A DNA stretch of 24,000 nucleotides from Prochlorococcus marinus str. MIT 0919 (lineage in GTDB: Bacteria > Cyanobacteriota > Cyanobacteriia > PCC-6307 > Cyanobiaceae). Shown piece by piece: positions 10,409 to 19,645 of this stretch. The translations under genes and the position numbers were made by a program. The notes beneath the pieces are model-generated. The model searched no databases. It was given only the letters and a program-made list of their open reading frames with translations, and was not told the DNA's origin. Every line of letters begins with the position of its first letter. Positions within the stretch are counted from its first letter, which is position 1. The stretch spans positions 1,481,598 to 1,505,597 of the forward strand of contig NZ_CP114779.1 in assembly GCF_027359375.1 (NCBI RefSeq), in the 5' to 3' direction.

Positions 10409-12583
10409 TTGGTCTTAGCTGGTGGTGGTCATACCCATGCACTTATTTTGCTTCGTTGGGTGCTAAAGCCCCATTTAAGGCCCAAGGGTTTAATTACATT
10501 GGTTAATAGAAATAGCACGAATATCTATTCAGGTATGTTCCCTGGTGTGATCTCTGGTAAATATAAGATTGATGATGCCGCAATAGATCTTTTTTCTTTA
10601 GCAAATAGAGCAGGTGTTTCATTTGTACTAGCTGAAATAAAAGCATTAGATCCTCATCGTAAAATTTTACTTTTAACAAACAGAAATCCCATAAATTTTT
10701 CTACTATTAGCCTAGATATTGGCAGTGAAACTATATCTAATTATAAAAGTAATTTGCATTTTACAAATAATAGTATTTGTAAAATAAAGCCATTTTGTAA
10801 AGCTTTTGCATGGATAAAAAAGTTAGATGAAGATCCTGTAAGTCAAGAGATTAAACCTGTAACTATTGTTGGCTCTGGCCATGCTGCTATTGAAATAGCA
10901 TTGGCTTTACGTAAAAGATGGCCGCTAAGGGAATTGCAATTAAAAGCATATAGACGCAAACTAAAAAGATCTTATATTAAGGATTTATCAGCAAAAAATA
11001 TTCGCTTAATTGAGCCTCAAGATATTACAGAAGGACCTGTATTGCTTTGCACAGGAAGCCAGCCTCATCAATTGCTTAAAGAGGCGGGCTTGGAGCTAAA
11101 TAGTGTTGGAAGAGTTTTAACAAAGGATACTTTTCAAGTTCTTAATCATCCGAATATTTTTGCAGCCGGTGATTGCGCAGTGATTGTTAATCAAGAGAGA
11201 CCTCCTTCTGGTGTTTGGGCCGTTAGATCAGCAAGACCTCTTGCTTTGAACTTAGAAAAATTTTGCAGAGGTTCAAGAGTTGTGTCATGGAAGCCTCGGA
11301 AATTTGCTTTGCAATTAATAGGGAGTAATTCTATAAAAACCCTTCCATCTGCTTGGGCTTCTTGGGGCTCGATTCTGGTGGGCCCTAATTTTTTGTTTTG
11401 GAAAGTTAAGGAGTTAATAGATCGTCGGTTTATTGCAATGTTTAATTCTTCGAGGTCCATGGAGGAACACAATGAAACAGCAAGCTTGCTATGCAGAGGT
11501 TGTGCCTCCAAAATTGCTTCTTCAACTTTAAAAGAAGCTTTGCTAGAGGCTGATTTAGATCACTTGGCACAGAGTCCCGAGGACGCATCTCTAATTACTA
11601 CCTCTAACAAGGGAGAAAATATTGTTCAAACGGTTGATGGTTTCCCAGCATTGCTAAGTGACCCTTGGCTTAATAGCAGATTGACAACATTACATGCTTG
11701 TTCTGATGTCTGGGCGACTGGAGCTTCTGTGTTTTCTGCACAGGCTGTTATAACTCTTCCACAGGTGAGTTCTTCTTTGCAGAAAGAACTTCTTGTTCAA
11801 TGTATTTCAGGGATTCAATCTGCTCTTGAACCCCAATCTGCTCGGCTAGTAGGGGGACATACCTTTGAATCAAGGAGTGAGCTTTCTGATCCAATAACTC
11901 TTGGAATAGAAATTTCACTTTGTGTTAATGGTCAATTGCCATCTAATCAATCTCCTCTAAGAAAAGATGGCCTGGAACCTGATGATGCACTCTTAATTAG
12001 CAGGAGTTTGGGCAGCGGAATTTTGTTTGCAGGTGCAATGAGAGGACAAACTTTGATTGCAGATATTGATTCGGCATTGGATCAAATGAGTAAAAGTCAA
12101 CACATGATTTTGCGCAATGATTATCTCAAAGAAGATTTAGGTGGAACTTTCCCTGGTTTGGTACATGCTTGTACTGACATAACGGGATTTGGATTACTAG
12201 GTCATCTCAATGAGATGCTTTCTTCTAGTAATCATGCAAGATCAGCTATTGGTAAGGAACAATTGCAAATTTATTTGAATGCAAAATCAATACCTGCTTT
12301 GCAAGGTGTCAATAATCTTTTAAGAAAAGGCATTACCAGCACATTCGCAGATTCAAACAGAAGTTTCTTGTCTTTATTACACCCTTCAAAGAACTTAAAT
12401 CCTTCAATTTATTTGGATTTAGCTGATATTCCTAAAGAGAGTTATGAACATCAACGAATCAAGGAATTAATTATAGATCCGCAAACATGTGGCCCTTTAG
12501 TAATAGCTTGCTCTCAAGAGGATGCACACAAGCTTATAAAAAATACTAACTGGATTCAAATTGGCTTTGTTAATCAAGTTTAA
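10394..12583 (+). CDS. selD: Bifunctional fusion: N-terminal NDH-2-like FAD/NAD(P) oxidoreductase domain plus C-terminal selenide, water dikinase (SelD) domain
   Basis: 729 aa. N-terminus [17 protein letters not shown] and later NIFAAGDCAVI (FAD-binding motifs). C-terminus from about 11480: CRGCASKIASSTLKEAL, VQTVDGFPALLSDPW, DITGFGLLGHLNEML (SelD/PurM-like). Confidence 0.9.
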   Translation: MFADHLVLAGGGHTHALILLRWVLKPHLRPKGLITLVNRNSTNIYSGMFPGVISGKYKIDDAAIDLFSLANRAGVSFVLAEIKALDPHRKILLLTNRNPINFSTISLDIGSETISNYKSNLHFTNNSICKIKPFCKAFAWIKKLDEDPVSQEIKPVTIVGSGHAAIEIALALRKRWPLRELQLKAYRRKLKRSYIKDLSAKNIRLIEPQDITEGPVLLCTGSQPHQLLKEAGLELNSVGRVLTKDTFQVLNHPNIFAAGDCAVIVNQERPPSGVWAVRSARPLALNLEKFCRGSRVVSWKPRKFALQLIGSNSIKTLPSAWASWGSILVGPNFLFWKVKELIDRRFIAMFNSSRSMEEHNETASLLCRGCASKIASSTLKEALLEADLDHLAQSPEDASLITTSNKGENIVQTVDGFPALLSDPWLNSRLTTLHACSDVWATGASVFSAQAVITLPQVSSSLQKELLVQCISGIQSALEPQSARLVGGHTFESRSELSDPITLGIEISLCVNGQLPSNQSPLRKDGLEPDDALLISRSLGSGILFAGAMRGQTLIADIDSALDQMSKSQHMILRNDYLKEDLGGTFPGLVHACTDITGFGLLGHLNEMLSSSNHARSAIGKEQLQIYLNAKSIPALQGVNNLLRKGITSTFADSNRSFLSLLHPSKNLNPSIYLDLADIPKESYEHQRIKELIIDPQTCGPLVIACSQEDAHKLIKNTNWIQIGFVNQV

Positions 12584-12607
12584 ATCTATAAAATAAGCGT
12601 AAGACAA

Positions 12608-13867
12608 TTATCTATTGTCTAGTTCTAAATCTCTCAGCCGTTTTAATTCTTGCCCGATTTTTGGGCCAGGTTCCCACCCTTTACTCAAAAGTTCTTTTGC
12701 AGTTAATTTTGATTTAACTAACCTCCACTTTTTTAGCCATTTAAATAATGGCTTCCACAAAGGAACTCCTAGGCATATGGCTATTACAACTGAATCTCTC
12801 TGCCAGTTAGAGTTTTCTATTAGGCTGCACCATTTGGATGGCTTCCAAGAAGAAAAATTATTTTCTTTTTGAATTATTGAAACTTCTTGTTTGATTTCCA
12901 TAGCTTGTGCTAAGCAATCCATGTGGTGTTTACTTAAACCTAATCTTTGAGCTAGTAAAGTAGGTTTTTTAGCAGCAGATATAAAAGCTATTAATGGATT
13001 TAAATGTAATTTAAATGCACATTTAATACGTTTTTGCCAATAGCAATCATTTTGCAAGTCCTCATCTAATAAAACTAAGGCCTGCCAATCTTGTAATTTC
13101 CTTATGCAATTTTCCCAAGGCTCATCCTCTAATAAAATATCTAATTCCATACGAAGCCTTGATGATAATGCAGGAGGTGCACTTTTTGGACAATCTTTAT
13201 CGGACCAATTCCAAGGCCAGATATTTAATGTTGATATAACCTGCTCTAATGATTTTGACTCTAATTCAAAACCTAACCTACCAGCATATCTTGCAGCTCT
13301 AAATATTCGAGTTGGATCTTCTTCAACACTTTTAGCATGGATAAATTCAATTTTTTTATCCCTAATGGCATTTAGACCTTGGTATTGATCTATCAAATGA
13401 TTACTTAGGAGCTCTAAACAAAGAGCATTCATTGAAAAATCTCTTCTTCTTAGATCTTCTTTAATATTGCAAGGTGCAACTTTGGGATTCTCGCCAGGAA
13501 ATAGATAAGTTTCTTTCCTTGCAGTAGCTAAATCAAACCTCACTTCATTAATTATTAATTGAATTGTTTGATATATAGAATTTCTTTGAGCAATTGAGAC
13601 TTTTTCTGATTTCAGATTAGTTTGCAAAACCTCTGCAAACTCTTCTGCTGAACCTTCAATTACAAAGTCAATATCCTTGTATTTGCCTAAAGTACTTTTA
13701 TGAGTACAATAAATAATTCGATCTCTTATCACACCTCCGACTATCCCTATACGTTTTATAGATGCTTCTTTAGCAGAAATTTTTATAATTGATAAAAAAT
13801 TTTTTGGTAATCCTGGCAACTTATTTAAAAAATCTGGACTAATGATTTCTATTATCGGTTTATCCAT
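12608..13867 (-). CDS. CCA tRNA nucleotidyltransferase / poly(A) polymerase family protein
   Basis: 419 aa with GIVGGVIRDRI, KDIDFVIEG, RRDFSMNALCLEL, IRAARYAGRLGFELE. Class II nucleotidyltransferase head-domain motifs. Confidence 0.88.
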   Translation of the reverse strand: MDKPIIEIISPDFLNKLPGLPKNFLSIIKISAKEASIKRIGIVGGVIRDRIIYCTHKSTLGKYKDIDFVIEGSAEEFAEVLQTNLKSEKVSIAQRNSIYQTIQLIINEVRFDLATARKETYLFPGENPKVAPCNIKEDLRRRDFSMNALCLELLSNHLIDQYQGLNAIRDKKIEFIHAKSVEEDPTRIFRAARYAGRLGFELESKSLEQVISTLNIWPWNWSDKDCPKSAPPALSSRLRMELDILLEDEPWENCIRKLQDWQALVLLDEDLQNDCYWQKRIKCAFKLHLNPLIAFISAAKKPTLLAQRLGLSKHHMDCLAQAMEIKQEVSIIQKENNFSSWKPSKWCSLIENSNWQRDSVVIAICLGVPLWKPLFKWLKKWRLVKSKLTAKELLSKGWEPGPKIGQELKRLRDLELDNR

Positions 13868-13892
13868 AAAACTATCTTATACTTAAAATTTA

Positions 13893-16340
13893 TTAATTAG
13901 TAGGATCTGAATTTTCTTCTACTAGTTTTATTGGTGCAAGTCTTGGATCAAGGATTTTTGGACTCATGCCATTGAATTTAATAGCAATAGACATTTTCTC
14001 ACCACTTCCAAAAATATGCGTTACTTCTCCTGATCCAAATGCCGCATGCTCAATTTTATCTCCTACAGACCATGACCTTCCCTTTAAAGGATTTGAACTT
14101 TTTCGTCTAACAGCATTGCTTGGAAAACTTTTTTCGATATTTAAAGAATTATTTGTTTGTCCTATTCGATCCACTCTAGTTAGACGTTCAAGATGTCTGT
14201 CCCTTCTTAAAGCTGTCCCTCCATTTAATTGAATATCTCCTTCTAAAAGCTTTGTTGGAATCTCCGAGAGAAAAATAGATGCTACAGCAGGTTCTCTCAT
14301 GCCTCCCCATAATCTTCTTTCATTTGCATGAAATAAAAACAGTCTTTCTTGTGCTCTTGTAAGACCGACATAACATAGCCTTCTTTCTTCTTCTAATGAA
14401 GCTGGATCATCAAGCGAGCGATAACTAGGAAACAGTCCTTGCTCTAAACCTACAAGGCAAATAATTGGAAATTCCAAACCTTTACTGCTGTGCAAGGTCA
14501 TTAAAGTAACGCGATCATTGACAATATCTGTATTGTCTGCGTCGCTTGATAAAGCAGCTGTAGCTAAAAAACCCTCCAGATCAGAGGTCTCGTTTTCTTC
14601 TTGATATTGAAGCGCAGCATTTACAAGTTCTTGTAAGTTTCTCCGTCGCTCTTCTGCTTCATCAGTTGCAGCAGCAATAAGTTCGCTAATATAACCACTC
14701 TTTTCCATGACTAATTGGATCAGTTTAGACGGTTCACTATTGTTTAAATATGAATTGAGATCTTCGATTAATTCTTTAAATTTTAACAAGCCTTTTGCAG
14801 ACCTACCCCCTAAAGATCTAATGGCTTCTGGATCACTAACAATTTGCCATAATGGAACACCTAGTTGAGAAGATGCATCACTAAATCTCTGAACAGTTGT
14901 TTTACCTATACCTCGCTTAGGTACATTTAGAATTCTTAGCAAGCTAACGCTATCTGAGGGGTTAATTAAAAGCCTCAGGTAAGCTAAAATATCTTTTACT
15001 TCGCGCCTATCGTAAAATCTTAATCCTCCTACGACAATATAAGGTATGCTCCATCTGACCAGTGATTCTTCTATAACTCTGGACTGAGCATTAGTTCTAT
15101 ATAAAATAGCAATGTCTTTCCACTTTAAGTTCGAGTCAGATGCTGCTAATAACCTAAGTCTGTGGACTACAGATTCTGCTTCAGATATTTCATCATCACA
15201 TCTTGTAAGTTTTATCATTTCACCTGAATCCCTTGTAGCTTTTAAAGTCTTTTTCAACCTTTCTTTATTGTTTGATATTAATGAATTTGCAGCATCTAAG
15301 ATTGTCGAGGTTGACCTATAGTTTTCTTCTAATTTGATAATATTAGAACTCTTTGACTTTGGATCTTTGTTACTAAAATCGTTTTGAAAACCCATAAGTA
15401 TTCTAAAATCTGCTGCGCGAAAACTATAAATACTCTGATCAGCGTCTCCAACAACAAAAACAGAACGACCTGACCAATTTGTAAATAAAGATGGACTTAT
15501 TCCATTGGTTACTAAAAGCTTAATTAATTCATATTGAGTCCAATTTGTATCTTGGTACTCATCTACGAGCAGATGTTTAAAACGATTATGCCAATAAGAT
15601 CTGACCTCTTTATTTTGTTGTAAAAGTTGAACTGGTAGTAAAAGAAGATCATCAAAATCAAGAGCATTATTTGCTGCTAATGCTTTTCTATAAAGACTAT
15701 ATATCTGAGCTATTAACTTATCTCTTTGACCTTCTGCCTTCTCAGCAAATTTATCAGGTAATATTCCTAAATTCTTGGCGTTACTGATAGACCATCTGAT
15801 TTTTTTTGGCTCAAACCTCTTTGGATCAAGGTTCATATCCTGAATTATAATTTCTTTAATCAAGCTTTGTGCATCTCTCTCATCATAAATAGAGAAGTGT
15901 TTTGTCCAGCTAAGACCTTCCTTGTCTATAAGCCTTTCAATATCAAATCTTAAAAGCCTTGAAAATAATGAATGAAATGTTCCAATCCAAAGGTTCTTTG
16001 TGACTTCTCTATATATAAGAGTCCTGAATTGATTCTTTTCAACATCTCTTATGCTTGACCATGGCTGTCCTAATTGATTCTCTGCAAGTCTTCTTGCTAG
16101 AAGCAACTCTAATCTTTCTTTCATTTCTTTTGCTGCTTTATTTGTGAATGTCACAGCAAGAATTTCATAAGGATCTACTTTGTATTCACTTATTAAATGG
16201 GCAATACGGTGTGTTAATGCTCTAGTTTTGCCGCTTCCCGCTCCTGCTACAACCAGTAAAGGACCTTCATGATGGTTGACAGCATTTGATTGTTCTTCAT
16301 TGAGACCAAAAAGAAAACCAGATTGTTTTTTATTTGCCAT
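13893..16340 (-). CDS. uvrD: UvrD/Rep/PcrA-family ATP-dependent DNA helicase
   Basis: 815 aa with NEEQSNAVNHHEGPLLVVAGAGSGKTRALTHRI, TFTNKAAKEMKERL, DEYQDTNWTQYEL, GDADQSIYSFRAAD, VTLMTLHSSKGLEFP, RRLCYVGLTRAQERLFL. Confidence 0.95.
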   Translation of the reverse strand: MANKKQSGFLFGLNEEQSNAVNHHEGPLLVVAGAGSGKTRALTHRIAHLISEYKVDPYEILAVTFTNKAAKEMKERLELLLARRLAENQLGQPWSSIRDVEKNQFRTLIYREVTKNLWIGTFHSLFSRLLRFDIERLIDKEGLSWTKHFSIYDERDAQSLIKEIIIQDMNLDPKRFEPKKIRWSISNAKNLGILPDKFAEKAEGQRDKLIAQIYSLYRKALAANNALDFDDLLLLPVQLLQQNKEVRSYWHNRFKHLLVDEYQDTNWTQYELIKLLVTNGISPSLFTNWSGRSVFVVGDADQSIYSFRAADFRILMGFQNDFSNKDPKSKSSNIIKLEENYRSTSTILDAANSLISNNKERLKKTLKATRDSGEMIKLTRCDDEISEAESVVHRLRLLAASDSNLKWKDIAILYRTNAQSRVIEESLVRWSIPYIVVGGLRFYDRREVKDILAYLRLLINPSDSVSLLRILNVPKRGIGKTTVQRFSDASSQLGVPLWQIVSDPEAIRSLGGRSAKGLLKFKELIEDLNSYLNNSEPSKLIQLVMEKSGYISELIAAATDEAEERRRNLQELVNAALQYQEENETSDLEGFLATAALSSDADNTDIVNDRVTLMTLHSSKGLEFPIICLVGLEQGLFPSYRSLDDPASLEEERRLCYVGLTRAQERLFLFHANERRLWGGMREPAVASIFLSEIPTKLLEGDIQLNGGTALRRDRHLERLTRVDRIGQTNNSLNIEKSFPSNAVRRKSSNPLKGRSWSVGDKIEHAAFGSGEVTHIFGSGEKMSIAIKFNGMSPKILDPRLAPIKLVEENSDPTN

Positions 16341-16418
16341 TACTTATAAAACCTTCATGTGAAATATTTTGTTTTTATTGTTGTATATAGCCATTGGAAA
16401 TCTTTGTGGAAGTCTGCG

Positions 16419-16628
16419 TTAATTTGACTTATCACGTTGCTTTATAAGTTGATCAAGCACTCTCTGTAGATTAGTTAACTCTGTGTTTTCGTTAAGTGTG
16501 GAATTTATTTTTTTTTCTGGAATTTGAAGCTTTTGCGAGATAACGGTTATCTCTTCCTTAAGCCTATCCCTATACACGGTAAGCATCTCTATGGATTTAT
16601 TCAGCTCTTGGATGTTCGGTTCAGTCAT
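16419..16628 (-). CDS. Small hypothetical protein, predicted coiled coil
   Basis: 69-aa ORF (MTEPNIQELNKSIEMLTVYRDRLKEEITVISQKLQIPEKK...), charged and heptad-like. Same strand as the downstream helicase gene. Confidence 0.6.
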   Translation of the reverse strand: MTEPNIQELNKSIEMLTVYRDRLKEEITVISQKLQIPEKKINSTLNENTELTNLQRVLDQLIKQRDKSN

Positions 16629-16790
16629 GGCTTCATAGACTTATTAGGAGGGTAACCCATAATCACGCGAAGGATTGGATTGGTTTTCATTTCAGGCACT
16701 GAGTTAAGTCGGGCTTTTTCTTATCAACTTCAGTTACGAAGCATTGCGTTGATCAATTCACTTCGTTGGAGGTGCCAGTAGAAGAGTTAG

Positions 16791-17414
<624 letters not shown>

Positions 17415-17460
17415 CTGATTAATTCTTACTTAATTCAATTCTTTTTTAAAGAAAGCGGAA

Positions 17461-17928
17461 ATGAAATCAGCAGTCACCACAGTACTCTCTTCAGCAGATG
17501 CTGCTGGCAGATTTCCTACAATTAGCGATTTGGAGTCAGTTAAAGGCTCTTTTGATAGGGCTCCTGCGCGATTAGAAGCAGCTGAAAAACTTTCCATTTA
17601 TATAGATAAATATACTTCAGCTGCATTAGATCAAGTCTATGGAGTTGGGATTTACGACCAGGCAAATAAAGATAAGTGTGCACGAGATATAAATCACTAT
17701 TTGAGGTTGATTAATTATTGCTTGGTTACAGGCGGAACAGGTCCTTTAGACGAATGGGGTATCGCAGGGATGAGAGAAGTAATTAGAGCTCAGATGTTAC
17801 CTACTGCAGCATATGTAGAGGCCCTTTCATTTGTTAGAGATCAAATAGATATCCCAGGTGAGATGGGCCAGCAAGCTGCAACAGAGTTTAAGGCTTTGTT
17901 GGATTATTTGATTAATGCACTTGCCTGA
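17461..17928 (+). CDS. cpeA: Phycoerythrin alpha subunit (Prochlorococcus PE-III type)
   Basis: 155 aa: MKSAVTTVLSSADAAGRFPTISDLESVKGS...KCARDINHYLRLINY...GGTGPLDEWGIAGMRE. Confidence 0.97.
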   Translation: MKSAVTTVLSSADAAGRFPTISDLESVKGSFDRAPARLEAAEKLSIYIDKYTSAALDQVYGVGIYDQANKDKCARDINHYLRLINYCLVTGGTGPLDEWGIAGMREVIRAQMLPTAAYVEALSFVRDQIDIPGEMGQQAATEFKALLDYLINALA

Positions 17929-17952
17929 GAATAATATTTTTGAAGAATCTTT

Positions 17953-17981
17953 AGGAAATTTCTAAAAAGAAATTCCTTTTT
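17953..17981 (+). terminator. Candidate intrinsic terminator/attenuator between cpeA and cpeZ
   Basis: AGGAAATTTC-TAAAAA-GAAATTCCT forms a 9-bp stem (one bulged A) followed by a T-run (T77-T81) that abuts the cpeZ ATG at 17982. Confidence 0.5.
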
Positions 17982-18596
17982 ATGAATCGGTTATTTAAAA
18001 AAAAAGCTGATTTTGAAGCTTTATTAGAGGCTTTCCGGCATCCAAATCCAAATCTTAATGAAGAAGCTTGCTTGCAGATGAGGGCTTATTGGCCTAAAGA
18101 AACGATTTTGTTCCTAACAAATAATCTTGATAGTGATGATGTTCAAATTAGAAGAAAATCCGTGAAATTCCTCTCGACCTTTGGTATACAAATTGTTGAG
18201 CCTATCATGAATTTATTTATATCTTCAGAGAAAGTTGTTTTAAAAGTAAGCTGTTTAAAAGTATTAATTAAGCTTGCAGCAAATAATAATACAGATGACT
18301 TTTTTACTAAGGTCTTTAGTCTCATTGAATTAGCAATAAAAGAAGATTCAGCTGAAATAATCCTTTCCGTTATTTGTTTATTAAGGCAATTAGGGAAAAA
18401 AGGACTGCCAATGCTTATAAAATTAGCAATTAATACAGATAATATTCTTGCTTCTAAGGCTGCTATTACAGCAATAGGAGAGATTTCTGATACTAGATCA
18501 ATAAATTGCTTGAATCAATTACTAGATGATTCGGCTTTAGACTTAATTTTGCGAGAAAGTGCAATATATGCTTTATCAAATTTGGAATCTAATTGA
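17982..18596 (+). CDS. cpeZ: Phycoerythrin bilin-lyase-associated HEAT-repeat protein CpeZ
   Basis: 204 aa HEAT-repeat protein (RHPNPNLNEEACLQMRAYWPKETILFLTNNLDSDDVQIRRKSVKFLSTFG) directly downstream of cpeBA. Confidence 0.85.
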   Translation: MNRLFKKKADFEALLEAFRHPNPNLNEEACLQMRAYWPKETILFLTNNLDSDDVQIRRKSVKFLSTFGIQIVEPIMNLFISSEKVVLKVSCLKVLIKLAANNNTDDFFTKVFSLIELAIKEDSAEIILSVICLLRQLGKKGLPMLIKLAINTDNILASKAAITAIGEISDTRSINCLNQLLDDSALDLILRESAIYALSNLESN

Positions 18597-18612
18597 TTTA
18601 AATCTTATTTTT

Positions 18613-19506
18613 CTAGATATTAGTTAGACTATTTATGGCAAGTTTAATAATTTTAATCACTTCTATATTTTTTTCTTTATCTAATCTTTGCTGTAGATAG
18701 CTAACCTGACCTAATGCATTAAATCTCATTAGTGATAACGCTGTCTGTTTCCTAACTTCATTATTATCGCTATTTAATTTGTCAATTAATGCTCTTGAAA
18801 ACCATTCTTCTTGTTGAAAGAAATTAATTAACCTTATAGCTTCAATTTGCACTTCATACGAGGGGTCATTTAATGCTTCCTTAACAATATTCTTTGCATC
18901 TCTATCGTTTAAGTTTTCTATTTGATCTCCAAGTGCAGCAATTGCAGATGCTCTAACAAGTTGATTTTTTGACTTAGCAGCTTTTTTGATTTCTTTAGAT
19001 CCCTTTGCCCCAATAAAAGCGAGTCCCCATCGTGCAAGCCCACATTGTGTTGAAGAACTTTGAGGGTGTTCTAGCACTTTGACTAGATATTCAACAGCTG
19101 TTCCCCCAAAAATTGCTATAGCTCCTGCTGAAGATCCTTGCACAACAGGATCCTCATCATTTAGTAATGCTTTAAGTAGGTCGGGCAATGCTTCTGGATC
19201 ACCAACTAATTTAAGTGTTTTTGCGGCAGCTCTCCTCACGGTTACATTCTTACTATTTAATAATGCTTGGCGAAGTTGAGGTAAGGCTTTAGGGCCTATT
19301 AATCCAAGACTTTCAGAGAATGTTCTCCTAAGCAGGCCTCTTTGGTCTGCAAGCCCTGCTATAAGCGCTCTGATTTGACTTTCAGTTCCTTCAAGCTTTT
19401 GACCTTTTTTAAGACTTAAAGTCAATTCTTTGGCAAGAGTCGCAGCCTCGTCGGCAGTAAGGCTTAATTCTTGAGTATTAATTGAGGACAGGAAGCTTTC
19501 GTTCAA
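18613..19506 (-). CDS. E/F-type HEAT-repeat phycobilin lyase, CpeF/MpeV/MpeU-like
   Basis: 297 aa with PBS-lyase HEAT repeats (SLGLIGPKALPQLRQALLNSKNVTVRRAAAKTLKLVGDPEALPDLLKALLNDEDPVVQGSSAGAIAIFG) inside the phycoerythrin gene island. Confidence 0.8.
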   Translation of the reverse strand: MNESFLSSINTQELSLTADEAATLAKELTLSLKKGQKLEGTESQIRALIAGLADQRGLLRRTFSESLGLIGPKALPQLRQALLNSKNVTVRRAAAKTLKLVGDPEALPDLLKALLNDEDPVVQGSSAGAIAIFGGTAVEYLVKVLEHPQSSSTQCGLARWGLAFIGAKGSKEIKKAAKSKNQLVRASAIAALGDQIENLNDRDAKNIVKEALNDPSYEVQIEAIRLINFFQQEEWFSRALIDKLNSDNNEVRKQTALSLMRFNALGQVSYLQQRLDKEKNIEVIKIIKLAINSLTNI

Positions 19507-19559
19507 ACTTCAAATAATTCTAATTCTATTATGGTGTGTTAGGCATTGCTAAAAGCTCT

Positions 19560-19575
19560 AGCTAAGCATTTAGCT
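19560..19575. promoter_or_regulatory. Inverted repeat in the divergent lyase intergenic region
   Basis: AGCTAA-GCAT-TTAGCT perfect 6-bp inverted repeat within the 139-bp gap between two divergent lyase genes. Confidence 0.25.
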
Positions 19576-19645
19576 TTGTAAATTCCTCCGAGAGGCTTTC
19601 TATGCAATTAGTAAATTAGTTATATGAATTAAATCTGATTTATAT

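Noticed and set aside
11191-11511. 106-aa - ORF
   Set aside because: Antisense to the oxidoreductase-SelD fusion, with no protein-like motifs.
12615-13388. 85-aa and 94-aa + ORFs
   Set aside because: Both are antisense to the CCA/poly(A) polymerase-family gene.
13966-15321. 88-aa and 69-aa + ORFs
   Set aside because: Antisense to the UvrD/PcrA helicase gene.
18143-18325. 60-aa - ORF
   Set aside because: Antisense to cpeZ.
19079-19279. 66-aa + ORF
   Set aside because: Antisense to the HEAT-repeat lyase gene.
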